A DNA stretch of 63,244 bases, filler included, from Vannella sp. (Eukaryota), in the NCBI GenBank assembly GCA_023345925.1. It is 7 parts of 7 records of this genome, joined end to end, with 100 filler letters (N's around TTAATTAATTAA, not from the genome) between each part and the next. Parts side by side here need not be neighbours in the genome. Positions count along the whole stretch, not along the records: positions 38,290 to 52,226 come from JAJQQN010001408.1; positions 52,327 to 56,218 come from JAJQQN010000749.1; positions 56,319 to 63,244 come from JAJQQN010000273.1; 4 more parts are not named here. One strand, written 5' to 3'. The notes beneath the pieces are model-generated. The model was given only the letters and a program-made list of their open reading frames with translations, was not told the DNA's origin and made no database searches. Of the stretch, positions 46,447-60,416 are shown one piece after another (the first letter of the stretch is position 1; the number at the start of each line of letters is the position of its first letter). A program made the translations under genes and the position numbers.

Positions 46447-47634
46447 TTATGACATCATGTCGAGGAAAGACTTCATCTGGGTCACTTCCTCAGGGGTGGG
46501 GACAGAGCCACTAGCTTCCAGATCCTTTCGGAACCGAGCCATCTCTTCTTCGTGTCGTTGAGCTTCCTCCGCCTTCTTCTGCTCCAAATGCTCCCGCATT
46601 TGGACTTTGTACTCGTTGTCGTACTCTTCTGCTGCTCCCTTGACCGCCTCAAAGAACTCTTCGACACCCTCGCCTGTTATCGCCGAGAATCCAACCGTCT
46701 GGAGAGGGTTAGTGACTATCAGGGGCCCAGGGGAACCAAACGAACCCTAATGTTGGTATAGAACTCCTCTAGAACCATGCCCATCGACCGGGTAAGACAA
46801 GCCATGAAGGTTTCGTCCGTTTCAGTGGCCTCTTCAAAGGAGGAGGAGTCGCGCATCCACTCCAAGGCAAAGTCATGACGAACAACGTCAACCTTGTTGA
46901 AGACGATGATCATTGGTAGCTTGCTCTTGTAGAGGATGCTGCAGGCGTACAACATGTTCGACATAAACGTGGAAGGACTGGTACTCCGAGCAGTGTCCAT
47001 CACGTACACCATTGCTGTGGGTCCCAGTGATGCAATAGACTCTGTGATGATCGTCCCTGAAGCAGACCAGTTGAAGACCTCGATCTGACCTGGCGTGTCC
47101 ACAAGGACGTAGCTTCGAAGCATTAGATCTGATCCAGGGAAGGCACGGTTGGATCATACTCTACTGTTTGTTGCCGCTTCTCTACAAACGAGAGAACCTG
47201 ATCGAAACGGGTGGCAAAGAGGTTCAGGGAGGTGATGATCGCCCCGTTTGGTCCCAGACCGTATTGCTTCATCACGTTCTTGTAGTTCACTGTGTCGCGG
47301 ATATCAATGTTGGCTCCGAAAGGCATGTGCGTCACTGCAGGGTCCAAGTTGATGACATAACCAGGGTTCCCTTCCCCGTGAAGATAAGAAGTAATCCGCT
47401 TCCCTCCCGCGTTAGCTCGCCATTCCCTGCTCATCAAGTGGAAGCCCTCTGTACCTGCATGAACGTAGTCTTCCCACTCCCTGCCATCCCCACAATGAGA
47501 AGGTTCGTCGCTCTCTTCTTCCCTTCCAACTCAGGAGAAGGAACAGGAGCGGGAACGGAGGCGGGAACGGAGGCGGGGACAGAGGCGGGAACGGAGGCGG
47601 GGGCAGAGGCTTCCACGGTGTCGATGTCCGCCAT
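46447..47634 (-). CDS. GPN1: GPN-loop GTPase 1
   Basis: [64 protein letters not shown]. Confidence 0.93.
47549..47608 (-). repeat. 12-bp coding tandem repeat x5 (PASV) in the GPN1 N-terminus
   Basis: gcgggaacggag-like units. Confidence 0.85.
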
Positions 47635-47724
47635 GCGAATTAATAATGTTGCATAAAGAGTCTCTTCATCGAGCTTGAATTCAGTAAGGAACCCAAGTTT
47701 GGATCATTTCCTTGCTGCTCCTCC

Positions 47725-49511
<1,787 letters not shown>

Positions 49512-49587
49512 ACTATCGAGTGTGTGAATGAATGGAAATGTGTATTCTGATGCTGTTGACGCCTCAGGGCCTCATGGTCTTGCCATT

Positions 49588-51350
49588 TCAATGCATTAAG
49601 ATGGATGGGCGCCTTTCCTTGGACTCAATGCTCTGAAGTCGCTGCTTCAACTCATCGCGCTCCTTCTTGAGTGCGTCTAACTCCACACGGAGAGTGATGT
49701 CACCAGTGTTGATGGCAGTGGGAGGGTCGGTGACAGTCTGGGGGAAGATGTGAGTGAGCGGGTGAGAACCAAAGAATGTGAAGTCAACATACAGCACTGA
49801 AGAGGTCAGCGTTATTGATCATCGTTGCAAATGCACGTGGGGAGGTCATCACACCAAAGGCAGGGTCGTTGGGATCGTACATGGTGCAGGGGGCGAACAC
49901 CACTCCCAAGTTGCTCGAAGTCATTCCCTGGGTTCCCCCACGGAGCGTCTGTGCTTCTGAGACATCTCGAAGGAACTGGAAAAGCGCACTCAGGAAGTAC
50001 CGGTTCGGCTAACCTTTGGTGAGTCACAAACTCGAAGAGGCGGTTGAGGCATTCTTACCTTGGGGAGCTGCTCAAATAGTTTGCGGAGGTTGGCGAGCGT
50101 AGTTTCGGGAGCAGCAGGACTCTCTTGGACAATGATGAACTTGCGGGAAAGCTTGACAGTGAAGGCAGGTTCGACCATTTCACGACAATACGTTTTGATG
50201 AGGACGGCAATCAGCATGAACTCGTCTGTGTCGACATCTGGTAGTGCTTGAAGGATGCTCTTTAGCGTGGTGCCTTTGTTGAGTTGCTTCATGATGTTGG
50301 CCAAACGCTCCTGGGGAGGGCTGATGCGGAATAACTCGGGAGTTCCCAACGCGTTGTGTTGGCGGAGGAAGGCGATGGCCGAAGCGATGACTTCTGGGAC
50401 AAAAGGCATGTCGCCAGTGATGTCTTTGACCTCGCCAAGGGCAGTCTCTTGAAGATGACGACCGAAAACGCGGTTCCGTTTCAAGTCTTTCTCCATCTTC
50501 CGGACAACTCGTCCGAAGACCATATCGAAGATCTCACTGCATCCTAAGAGAGCTTGATGGTGCTCTGCCATGCGAGTGAACTCCTCCAGGGTCAGCTCGC
50601 CGTTGGTTCCCTCGAAGAGCCGCTCGACATGTTGAAGTTTGAGGCGGTTGAACTCGTTCATGGTCAGAAGACCACGCGCAACGTTGCATACAAACTCGCT
50701 GGTTTGAGTAACAGCGTCAATGACGTTGTTCAAAGACATAGTGCCCTTGCGTTCGATGTCGAAGAAGGTGAAAGCCACCCAACAGCGATCCTCCCATGAT
50801 CCTCGGACGATCTTGAAGAGCCACGTCATGTACTGAAGGAAGTTGACTGTACTCGTGTCATGCTCTGTGTCAATGAGGCGCCAGAACCGAGCAAAGAGGA
50901 GAGGGTAGTTGACAAAGGACTGGTTGAAGACAACAATGTACTTCATGATGTCCTCTCTCTGCAGTACCATCTCCGTAAGCTTGGGTGCAAGTGCTTTGGA
51001 TTCACGTCGTTTGAGTGGGACCATCTTTGAGTCGCGCCTCTTCTTATCAACAGCTTTGACGCGCTTTGGGTCTGCTTTGAGCTCAGCTTCGGCCTGTCTC
51101 TCCGCTTCCTCGTACTCTCGGATCATGTTCACTTCATTCCAGCGTCCAACAAAGGTGGTAAGGAACCATTGAAGCTCGTCGTCTCTCCCTACGACAAGTA
51201 AGAACGAAGAAAAGGAGGACATTCTGGGTTCAGGAACTCACATCCAGCTGTGGTGTTGGCCTCGGTGATACCTCCAGCACTCTTGTATTCCTCCACCAAC
51301 GCCTCAACAAGGGCGGGGGTCACGTCTACCTTGCTTCCAGTTGCTCCCAT
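49588..51350 (-). CDS. Myristoylated EF-hand (calcineurin-B/NCS-like) plus RhoGAP protein
   Basis: MGATGSK, IDTEHDTSTVNF, FFDIERKGTMS, NGELTLEEF, PELFRISP, LIKTYCREM. Confidence 0.75.
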
Positions 51351-52226
51351 TCGCACAGGAAAAGAATGAAGGAAACGAACGGATGAATGAATAACCTTCA
51401 CCCATTGGTTGGTTTCCACCAATCGGAGTGACTTTCAGACTTCGTTTCCCTATCAATAAAAAGTGGCCCTAAAGTAGTCTTGGAGGGTTCTAGTTAGGAT
51501 CAATGTATTGAATTAAGCAGAAGATTTAATCGCCATATCACTGGCTGAACAATGAGGTCAGAGGTCCAACGACAATTAGCCTCCTGTGAGTGGGGAAGAC
51601 CTTCCTCTTCCAGTTCCTGGTAGTGTAGGACGCAGGTGCAGTGATCCCTTGATTCTAGCGTGGAGAAGGAAGGCCGCTTTACCTTCCTTCGAGGTAGCTT
51701 GCTCCCAACCGTGGCTTCTGAGTTGATTGGCACTTCGTTTCACAGGAGAAGAAGAGGAGAAGGGAGGTTTAGTGATGTTGGTGGTCCCGTCTGCTCGGAG
51801 GTTCCCTACAACAAAGAAACGTGGAAACGGGGCAACCACCAGTGAGTGTTGCTTCCAACCCAGAAGCCAGTCTTTTGGCGGAGCTTCTGGTGGAACTTGC
51901 GTCGAAGTTTCTTGGAGGGCGTGTCCACGTAAATGTGGGGCATGGCAAATGAGGTCCACCAACTGGGTCCGGGGTGGGCATTTCACCTGAATCGTTGTCC
52001 AATCAGAGCCCACCGGGTTTGTGCCCTGTCTGGGCCATCATAAATCTTGCTTCTTTGCAGTAAGAATTGGGTTTATCAGACCCAAATTATGTTGGAATAC
52101 CAACTTGAATGGCAAGAGGTGGTACAAAGAGCAAGCATACGGCTTTGCGATCAGCATCCCCTCATAAGTTTGCTTGGGAGTTTGAGTATCACAGCTTGAC
52201 CGGTCATTGAGACATTCCATGTTGAA

Positions 52227-52326
52227 NNNNNNNNNNNNNNNNNNNNNNNNNNNNNNNNNNNNNNNNNNNNTTAATTAATTAANNNNNNNNNNNNNNNNNN
52301 NNNNNNNNNNNNNNNNNNNNNNNNNN
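52227..52326. other. Artificial contig linker
   Basis: N44-TTAATTAATTAA-N44. Confidence 0.98.
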
Positions 52327-53548
52327 CGATCTTGTTGTTACCAAGATCAAGCTTCTGCAACCCGCGATTGGAACGCAACGCATCAGCAAAGTGCACGGCA
52401 GCGTTGGTGGCGACGTTGCAGCCATTCAAGGACAACACTTGGAGGTTCTTGTTGGTCCCAAGCACGCTCGCCAACTCCTTTTGGTTGTCATACGAGAGCC
52501 AAGTGCCGGAAAGGTCCAACTCCGTGGTGGAAGGCGAATCCTCTTCAATGGAGTCGATTGCCTGGGCAACAGCGGTAGTTCCACGCTTCCCAGTGGAGGG
52601 ATTCGTTGCTACTACAGCAGCTACAACAGGAGAAGGGGTCTCAGCAGCCACCTCAGTGGACTCCTCTTGTGCCCAAGCAGGCATCTGGATCTTCTGAGGT
52701 CCCTTTGCCTTGCGAGCTGCTCTTTCTGCCTCCTTTGCGGCCTCAATACGAGCATCTTCCTCCTCCTTCTCTTGCTGACGTTGAGCAGCGGCACTCTGGC
52801 GTTCTCTTTCGAGGCGCTCTGTAGCTGATTGTTGGTCCCTGGCGCGCTGCTGTTTCGCCTCGAGCTCGGCAGCTGCATTGGAGGCATCAAGTGCTTCCTT
52901 CTTCTCTCTGTCAAGACGCTCAGCAGCCTGCTTCTCTCGTTCGCGTTGCTCCTTGGCGCGGTCTGCAGCTTGTTGCTTCTCCTGCAGTCCTCTATCCACT
53001 GTCACAACCTCGTTGCGTGTGTTCTTAGTTGAAGGAGTGTCGTTTGTGTTGGAACCGGGAGCCACACGCGGTTCTGCAGCGAGTTGAAGGACTTGACGAG
53101 AAAGCGCGTCGAGTTGCTGTTGCTGCGCGGCAAGGCGACGGTTACTGTCCTCTTGGGATTGATTCAAAGAAGAGACAAGTCGTTTTTCAAGCTCCTGAAG
53201 ATCAGCAGCGTGCTGCAAACGAACTGCAGAAACCAACTCTTCGACGGATGGTCCTGACGCTCCCGCAGGGGCTGGGCGAGCTTGCAAAGCCTCCTCCAGA
53301 CGAGAGATGTGTTCATCCACGTATTCCTTGACCCGTCGAAGGCCCTGTTGGATCATGGTAGTGACCTCGTCCGAGATACCACTCGCGGGCGCTTGAGCGA
53401 GCTGGCGGACCTCTTCCAGCTCCTCACGAAGGGCGCTGTTCATCGTCTTCAAGTTAGGCTGTAGCTTCTCTGCAATCCAGCGCTGAATAGCCTCGCGTGC
53501 CTCCACTTCCGCCTCCATCTGCTCTTGCAAGTCCCTCAAAGCCTCCAT
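52327..53548 (-). CDS. Coiled-coil protein with a C-terminal RI-like/tropomodulin-like LRR; 3' truncated
   Basis: Long coiled coil; TELDLS, LQVLSLNGCNV, ALRSNRGLQKLDLGNNKI. Confidence 0.7.
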
Positions 53549-53613
53549 CCTCTCCAAGCGTCCACGAAAATGGTGTTCCGAGGGAGGGAAGTGTCATTGC
53601 GTGGCTGGCGGCG

Positions 53614-54640
53614 ATGGGGAGCCTTGAAGCCTTTCGGACGCTCTATCCGGGCGAGTTTTACTCTCGTTTCTTGAAGGAGGGCCTTCGTCCTGATGGGAGG
53701 AAGCCTCAGGAGACTCGTTCTGTGCATATAAGTGCAGGTGGGTGGCTTCCGGTGGGTGGCGTTGGTGTGGGAGCTCATGAGGGGCGAAGGGTCTATCTCA
53801 ACGGCTTATGGTAGCGCCATGGTGAAGGTGGGCAGCACAGCAGTGACTGCAGGTGTTCAAGCAGAACTCGCCTTTGAGGATCTTACGATCCCCTCCCAGC
53901 TGAGTACGCCAAGGAGGTCCAATGAAGGGTGGAGCTCACCGATTGGCTTAGTCATCAACGTAGAAGTGGGTGGCATCGCTGGGACTAACTTCAATGACAA
54001 GCCAGAAGAGAGTACGCAGGCTCTGGCCTCTCGACTACGCGATCTGGCGGTCAGGTGAGACAGAGAATCTGATCAAGTCTACTTCTTGTGCTGATTGGGG
54101 CCAGCTGTGATCTGGTACGCAATCTGAACGAACTAATGGTGGAAAACGATGATAAGAAGGTACTCTGGTACCTCATCGTCGACTTGTATTGCCTCGATCA
54201 TGACGGAAACCTCTTCGATGCCTGCCTGATCGCTCTGATCGCTGCACTGAAGAATGGTGAGCCCTCTACCCACTATGAATCGTGAGTGACTGATCGTGGG
54301 GATGTCAGTGAGGCTACCAGTCGGAAAGATTGAAGGGGGACGCGTGATTGGGTCTGTGGAGCGTCCACTTCGCTTGGACGTGGCTTCAGACTATCCCCTG
54401 GCCCTTTCGTTCAGCACTCTCCAAGGATATCTTTTAGCAGACCCCTCATATGAAGAAGGGAGCCTGGCGGACAGCCACGCGACCGTGGTGGGCTCTGCCG
54501 ATGGATTGGGGAAGCTCTGGTCCGTCTACAAGCCAGGCGGGCCCTCCTTGCCTGACAAAGACTTACGAAAAGCGATAGAACAAGCTCAAGAACACTTCCA
54601 ACACCTGGCCCGCCTGATAAACGATGCGACGGTCGAATAA
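53614..54640 (+). CDS. EXOSC8: Exosome component RRP43
   Basis: [15 protein letters not shown]...[40 protein letters not shown]. Confidence 0.88.
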
Positions 54641-54703
54641 AACAGATCGCTGGTCATCCCTCTTTGTTTGGTCTTGCCAGGAGGTACAGAAGAGTGGAAG
54701 TGT

Positions 54704-54922
54704 TCACTTAGTTGAGAGAAAGTGGTCTAACTGAGCCAGCCGCTTGTCGTAGTCGCCAGAAACCTCCTGTTCCTCCCTCTCTTGTTGTTCAGAGAGAACA
54801 GCGTTGATACGGCGGTTGTAGTCATTTGTTACTTCTTGTACCTCCCTTTGCATGAGCTCTCGAGAGATGGCGTTGATGCGTGTGTTGTACTCGATCTCGA
54901 CTTGTTTGATGTCCAACTCCAT
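54704..54922 (-). CDS. 72-aa protein made of three helical repeats
   Basis: VEIEYNTRINAI / VTNDYNRRINAV / VSGDYDKRLAQL periodicity. Confidence 0.55.
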   Translation of the reverse strand: MELDIKQVEIEYNTRINAISRELMQREVQEVTNDYNRRINAVLSEQQEREEQEVSGDYDKRLAQLDHFLSTK

Positions 54923-54953
54923 GGTTGGGAGGCGGGGGAAGGAATAAAGGAAT

Positions 54954-55890
54954 TTAGTTGCCCTTAGCCTTCTGGCTGGCCTTCTCAACAGCCTTCTGGA
55001 CGGCAGAGCCACGCTTGAGGCCGCTCTGGTATTGAGATTGGAAGGATCCCCACGAGAGGAGAGCCAGGAGGGATGGCAAGACGCAAAGGAGGCCGAAAAT
55101 CACCCACTCTTTCTATACTGCATTTGAGACTTGGTTTCCAAAGCCACTGCGAGGATGACGTACCACGTGAGGGGAAGTAGCTCGTTGGTACTCGCTGAAC
55201 AAGTCAATAGGGTACTCCATCTTGTCTACAATGCCAACAGTCTGCTTCTCTTTAGCTTGGACCTCTGGGTGTACCTTTGAAAGTACATACCTTCACTTCA
55301 GCGGAGCCTTGGCGATTGTATTCCACCTTGGCGTTGCCGACAACGATTGAACCGACCTCATCATGGCGAACGACAAAGTTGTGTGAGATCTTGGCACCAC
55401 TAAGTAACAGGAGTTAAGGGGTTAAACTGTAAAAGCGATCGAAGAATGGGGAGGGGAGAGGAGGAAGAGTTCAGAAACAAAAAGACTTTGTCCGCACAAA
55501 GGTTCGGAATTAGCATGGGAATCTTTGGGTCATCAAGACTGGGAGAAGAGAGAGATAGAGAAAGAAGGAGAGGAGCGCAGAGAAAGGATACGGAGCGAGT
55601 TTGGGCCATGTGGCGCTGTGAACACCAACGACAGTTTTAAGCTCGTTGAAGGAGCCTAATTCGATGTATCGAATCTCAACTGCAGCTCTAAAGATAATCA
55701 GCACAGAACCAAGGAGAAAGAGAGTCGCTCACTCGTCTCCCACGTTGTAGATTTCCACGTTGATGATGGTGTCCTCACCAACAATCAGCTCGTTATTAAG
55801 GATAGCTCTGCTGATCATAAGTCGAGGACCAGACTCTGCAAAGACAACAGCGGCCAGGCAGAGTGCAACCAGCAGGGAGAAGGCGCGCAT
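54954..55890 (-). CDS. SSR2: Translocon-associated protein beta
   Basis: Signal peptide, ILNNELIVGED..IYNVGD, WPKLAPGAKISH, C-terminal TM EWVIFGLLCVLP. Confidence 0.8.
55468..55540 (-). ncRNA. Intronic box C/D snoRNA (snR53-like SSU rRNA guide)
   Basis: Box C TTGATGA, D' CCGA preceded by guide CCCATGCTAAT (complement of SSU AUUAGCAUGG), box D CTGA; inside the ~190-nt SSR2 intron. Confidence 0.7.
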
Positions 55891-56218
55891 GGGAAAGGAG
55901 ATGCCGAGAAGAAAGACTCATCCCATTGGTCCGCCCATGTGGACGTGGCAAGTCCCCACTTTTCCCTGGTTTCAATTCTGTCAGTGCCGAAAGAAACATT
56001 AAATAAATGATAAATTGATTTCGTAGCATTTGAGCATTGGTGGACTTGCTTGGGATTGACCAATCAGGATCGACTGAGCATTTGGTCAAGGACATGTTCG
56101 TAGGGCACCCTAAGTTCGTTGTGGCGCGGGCAACCGGTTGCGGGCCCTTCCAAAAGGTCGACCTCGAATTCTCCCTTGCAAGCTTCCTGAGTGATGTTTG
56201 AAGATGCAAACTGATATT

Positions 56219-56318
56219 NNNNNNNNNNNNNNNNNNNNNNNNNNNNNNNNNNNNNNNNNNNNTTAATTAATTAANNNNNNNNNNNNNNNNNNNNNNNNNN
56301 NNNNNNNNNNNNNNNNNN
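56219..56318. other. Artificial contig linker
   Basis: N44-TTAATTAATTAA-N44. Confidence 0.98.
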
Positions 56319-56404
56319 AAAAGCGGACGTGGTTGAGTGGGGGTGGTGAATTCTCTCAATAAAGAAACGATTCGTTTTGATTACGAATCATTTTCTCCTT
56401 GCCA

Positions 56405-57520
56405 ATGTTGGCTCGCGCCCTCTCAGGATCTTTAGGCGGGTATGTGCGATCAATGGAAGGACTTGAAGCTGAAAAGACTGAACATACACCAGAATCGTTC
56501 GTTTCTCTTCGTTGGGGGTCCGCTTTGCATCGAACGAAGCGCCCCGCATTCTGGTGACGGGCAGTTCTGGTCAGATTGGAGTGGAACTCGTTACCCAGTT
56601 ACGTTTAGAGTATGGAAACGAGGTAGAGTGACTCTACCAAGTCCCTGGAAGCTTCTAACTCGTGAAAGAATGTGATTGCAAGCGACATTGTCAAGCCCCG
56701 CAGCGACCTCACTCCCTTCTCTTACGGCAACGTGCTCGATGAGAAACAGCTCGACCAATTGGTAGTGGAGAACGACATCTCCTGGGTGGTCCACAACTCC
56801 TCTATGCTCTCTGCCGTGGCAGAGAAGAACCATTTGGCCGCTTTCGATCTCAACTTTGTCGGATTCCGCAACATTATGGAGGTCGCACGTCGCCACCAGC
56901 TTCGTGTCTTTGCTCCTTCTTCTATCGCTGCATTTGGAGTGTCTACTCCTCTCGATCTGGTCCCTGATCTGACTATCCAACGTCCTTCGACGTTGTACGG
57001 CGTCTCTAAGGTGTTTGTGGAGCTCCTGGGCGAGTGGTACTTCACCAGATTCGGTGTAGACTTCCGCTCGCTTCGTTATCCAGGCATCATCTCCGCTTCT
57101 CCTCCCGGAGGGGGGACAACTGACTATGCCGTCGATATCTTCTTCTCTGGGCTTCGCTCGGGCAAGTACGAGTGCTTTCTGAGAGAAGATACGATGCTTC
57201 CAATGATGTACATGCCTGATTGCATCAAAGGGACCATCGACATGCTCAAGGCACCAAGCGACAGCCTCAAGCAGCGCACTTACAACATCGGGGCCTTCTC
57301 TATCACCCCCAAAGACCTCGAAGTCGAGCTCCGCAAGCACATTCCCCACTTGGAAGTCACTTACAAGCCAGACTTCCGCCAGGCCATTGCTGATAGTTGG
57401 CCCAAACGCTTGGATGACACTCATGCTCGTCAGGACTGGCAATGGAAGGAAGCCTACTCCCTCTCTGATATGACTGAGGACATGATTGAAAAGCTCCGCC
57501 CTCTAATCCAGTCCAAGTGA
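56405..57520 (+). CDS. TDH: Mitochondrial L-threonine 3-dehydrogenase (SDR)
   Basis: ILVTGSSGQIG, YGVSK, DFRSLRYPGIIS, GGGTTDYAV, RQAIADSWP. Confidence 0.92.
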
Positions 57521-57593
57521 TCGCCCACCGCCTACAACCTCCCCCAAGCACCTTCTGACACACGCTCTCCCGTTCCTTGGTGATAAAGATACT

Positions 57594-59087
57594 TCATTCC
57601 TTGCTTGCCAGAAGCTCTGGCGCCTCCCTAACCGCTGGAACAGTCGTTTGAGCGTGGACAATCTCGTAAAGGAGCACTTTGGAGCGCGACTTCTCCTCTG
57701 CGAACCAGTCCTTCTCTGAGAACTTGACACGAGCATCAGTCTCGTAGATGGAAAGGACGCGGAGCTGGTTCTCAGAGCAGAGTCGAGGGATCAGGTCCTC
57801 CTCGTAGAGGCCCAGCAAGTGGCCCAGGTTGGAGTGAATCATGAAGATCCGCCCTTCTGGGCGTAGTCGAGGTGCTGCTTGGGTGATGAAGCGCTCCAGG
57901 AAGCTGTCTTGAGCTTGATCGAAAGCGAATGAGTCGGAGAACGAGCCGATCTCCTCCTTGCCACCTTCACGGGCTCCTTCACCTCCATCCAGGTCTGTAG
58001 GAAGCCAAGGAGGGTTGCATATGATGAAGTCGTACTGGTTCTCGCGCAGAGCCTTCACATGGCGAGACAAAGGTCGCTTTCTAACGGTGTTAGGCTCGTC
58101 CGCAAGCACTGGGAAGAGCTCAGTAGATGACTGTACAAAGTATGCGTTCTGCTCTACGTTCAGATTGGTCGCGTTCAGTGTGCTGCAACGCACAGCCTCA
58201 TGAGAGTGGTCCACACCCAACAAGAAGGCTCGTAACGACTCGTTAGAGAAGCAATCCTTCAAGTGCTTGAGTGTCATGAAGCCTAGAACCCCACTACCGC
58301 AACCCACGTCGAGGAGAGTGAGTGGGAAGTGCTTCTGGTGGATCGACCGTCGGTGATCGAGGCACCATTGCTTGAAGAACGAGTCATACAGTCTCAGATA
58401 GTCCTTACGAGTTGGAGGAAAGACTCCGTATCCTACTTCTAGCTCGGCGTCCTTGCCAAGCTCTTTAACGTACACTTTTCGTTGATAACAGCTCCTCGAT
58501 GTCATCAGAAAGTGGAAGCTCGTGTACCCAGAGCCTTGTTCGTCCAGTCCTACCAAAGAAGGACTCAACTGGATGTCCAAAGGTAACTTGGGGAAGGTCG
58601 TAGCCTTGGTAGATCCGCTGACCTTGACCAAAGAAGCTTCCGATCGGGGATTGCTACGTTCAATCCTTACTTGGAGGCGGTTAAGAGCGTCCCTTTGAGC
58701 TATCTTCCGTTTGACAGAGAAGTGGAAGAGCTCTGCACGGGTCTTGTGGTGAGGAGGGGAGGAAGAGAGTCCTGTTTGCTTCCGCAGAGCGCGATAGAGG
58801 CAAAGGAGGTTGTGATAGGACGCTCCTTCAAACTTTGCATGACCTCCAGCTTGCACCAGCTGCCGCACCTCCTTCGCCGACGAGTTATTCCCCACCACAG
58901 TCCATTCCGCCGCCCTCTCTCCTTCCTGATCCACCTCCGGCTCCATCTCAGGCTCATACTCCCCTACACCCTCGCCATCAGCTACAAGAGGCTCTTGGAG
59001 AGTGCATTCAGACGCAGATCGCCCCCAAACGCGCAACTTGAGAGCGCCAGAAGGGCGCAAAGTCAGCCCAGCTCGCCCAGCAAGCAT
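57594..59087 (-). CDS. SAM-dependent methyltransferase (MTS/HemK-like)
   Basis: YGVFPPTR, LDVGCGSGVL, CNPPW. Confidence 0.8.
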   Translation of the reverse strand: MLAGRAGLTLRPSGALKLRVWGRSASECTLQEPLVADGEGVGEYEPEMEPEVDQEGERAAEWTVVGNNSSAKEVRQLVQAGGHAKFEGASYHNLLCLYRALRKQTGLSSSPPHHKTRAELFHFSVKRKIAQRDALNRLQVRIERSNPRSEASLVKVSGSTKATTFPKLPLDIQLSPSLVGLDEQGSGYTSFHFLMTSRSCYQRKVYVKELGKDAELEVGYGVFPPTRKDYLRLYDSFFKQWCLDHRRSIHQKHFPLTLLDVGCGSGVLGFMTLKHLKDCFSNESLRAFLLGVDHSHEAVRCSTLNATNLNVEQNAYFVQSSTELFPVLADEPNTVRKRPLSRHVKALRENQYDFIICNPPWLPTDLDGGEGAREGGKEEIGSFSDSFAFDQAQDSFLERFITQAAPRLRPEGRIFMIHSNLGHLLGLYEEDLIPRLCSENQLRVLSIYETDARVKFSEKDWFAEEKSRSKVLLYEIVHAQTTVPAVREAPELLASKE

Positions 59088-59174
59088 CAGAATGAGCTCA
59101 AACTCGTTTCTTTGAGGCTTGGTAGGACGAGGAGGGTGCCCTGAGCATTGTCTGGGGGCAGAGCGAGCGAGTGG

Positions 59175-60353
59175 ATGGAGTTCCTGGAGATGCCGGAGGA
59201 ACTTCTTTGGGTTGTGCTTAGCTACTTGGGCGGAGAGGATCTGAAGAGGGTTAGGAGTGTTTGTCGGTTACTGAAGGCTCTGGTGGCGGATGATTGCCTG
59301 TGGCAGGGGCTGATTCAACGAGCATTGCCTGAGGTTGTGAATGAGTCGCTTGTGTTCCATGCTAAGCAGCGGCAGTGGGAGCGTGTCTTTTGGAGATATC
59401 GTAGAATAAGACAACCCTTTGTATGTGCAAAGCCTTCAAGCACCTCAAAAGCGTCGTCTCGCCACCCATATACGACAATATCGTTCCTTCTTCGCTTTTT
59501 GAGGGATTCCTTCCCTCAACTAGTAGCTACCTATGAAGAAGAGGATTCTAAAGAAGAAGAGGACTACTGTGAACGCTCACAGAGTCTCTCTTGGATGCAA
59601 TTGCTCCTCAAAAACCAACTCCCCTCTCCCAAACAGATCGAAGAAGCCTCGTTTCGCCCAGGGAGCTTCTCATATCGCTTCTCTAATCGTAATGCAGTCT
59701 ATTACGAAGTCTCAGCTTTCGAAAGGGACCCTCAGCCTCCAGATCAAGGCGACAATGCGAGAAATCTTGATCCAGCCATCGGTATCGGCCTAATGATGCC
59801 TGCTGCTCGTCAAACGGCCAAAGGAATCTTTCCAGGATGGAGATATGGAACAGTTGGGTACCACAGTGATGACGGACTCTTCTTCTATCAGGTACTTTGC
59901 TCCTCACGTCCCTCCATTCTGGGTCATCTGACCCTCTAGCAGTCTGGAACGAGCAGGAAAGCAGGCCCTGTTTGGGGTGTTGGTGATGTAGTTGGGTGTG
60001 GATACAGCCACCAGCACCGGAGAACATTCTTTACCCTCAACGGCACTCTCCTTGGTATGTCACTTTCACTGGCACTCTCCAATCCCTATGCCTAGCTACA
60101 AGTAGATATGAGAATACTAACAGTACTGGTTGAAGATACGTCAGAGAAGATCTGCATCGCTCAGACCCTCGAAGGGAGCCTCCAAATCTGCGGGCTCATC
60201 GCACTTGATACAGACGACACGCTCGCCATCAATACCGGCCAACTTCCCTTCCTTTATGACCTCACGTTCCTGTCAGATGAGTTAGAAGACCTCCTCACGG
60301 ATACGGAGGAGGCCCCCACGGAAAGTGTTGATTTGACCTTCTGGAGTGCTTGA
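59175..60353 (+). CDS. F-box + SPRY domain protein
   Basis: MPEELLWVVLSYL...VCR F-box; YYEV, IGIGL, PGW..GYHSDDG, GDVVGCG, FFTLNG. Confidence 0.85.
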
Positions 60354-60416
60354 CGAGCAAGTGGGAAGAGTTTGAAGCAAAGAAATGAAGTTTGGAGGTC
60401 ATTTGAAGGTTACCTG

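Noticed and set aside
51500..52220. Several short overlapping ORFs near the contig end
   Set aside because: Possibly exons of real genes, but I could not build a supported model or recognise a domain
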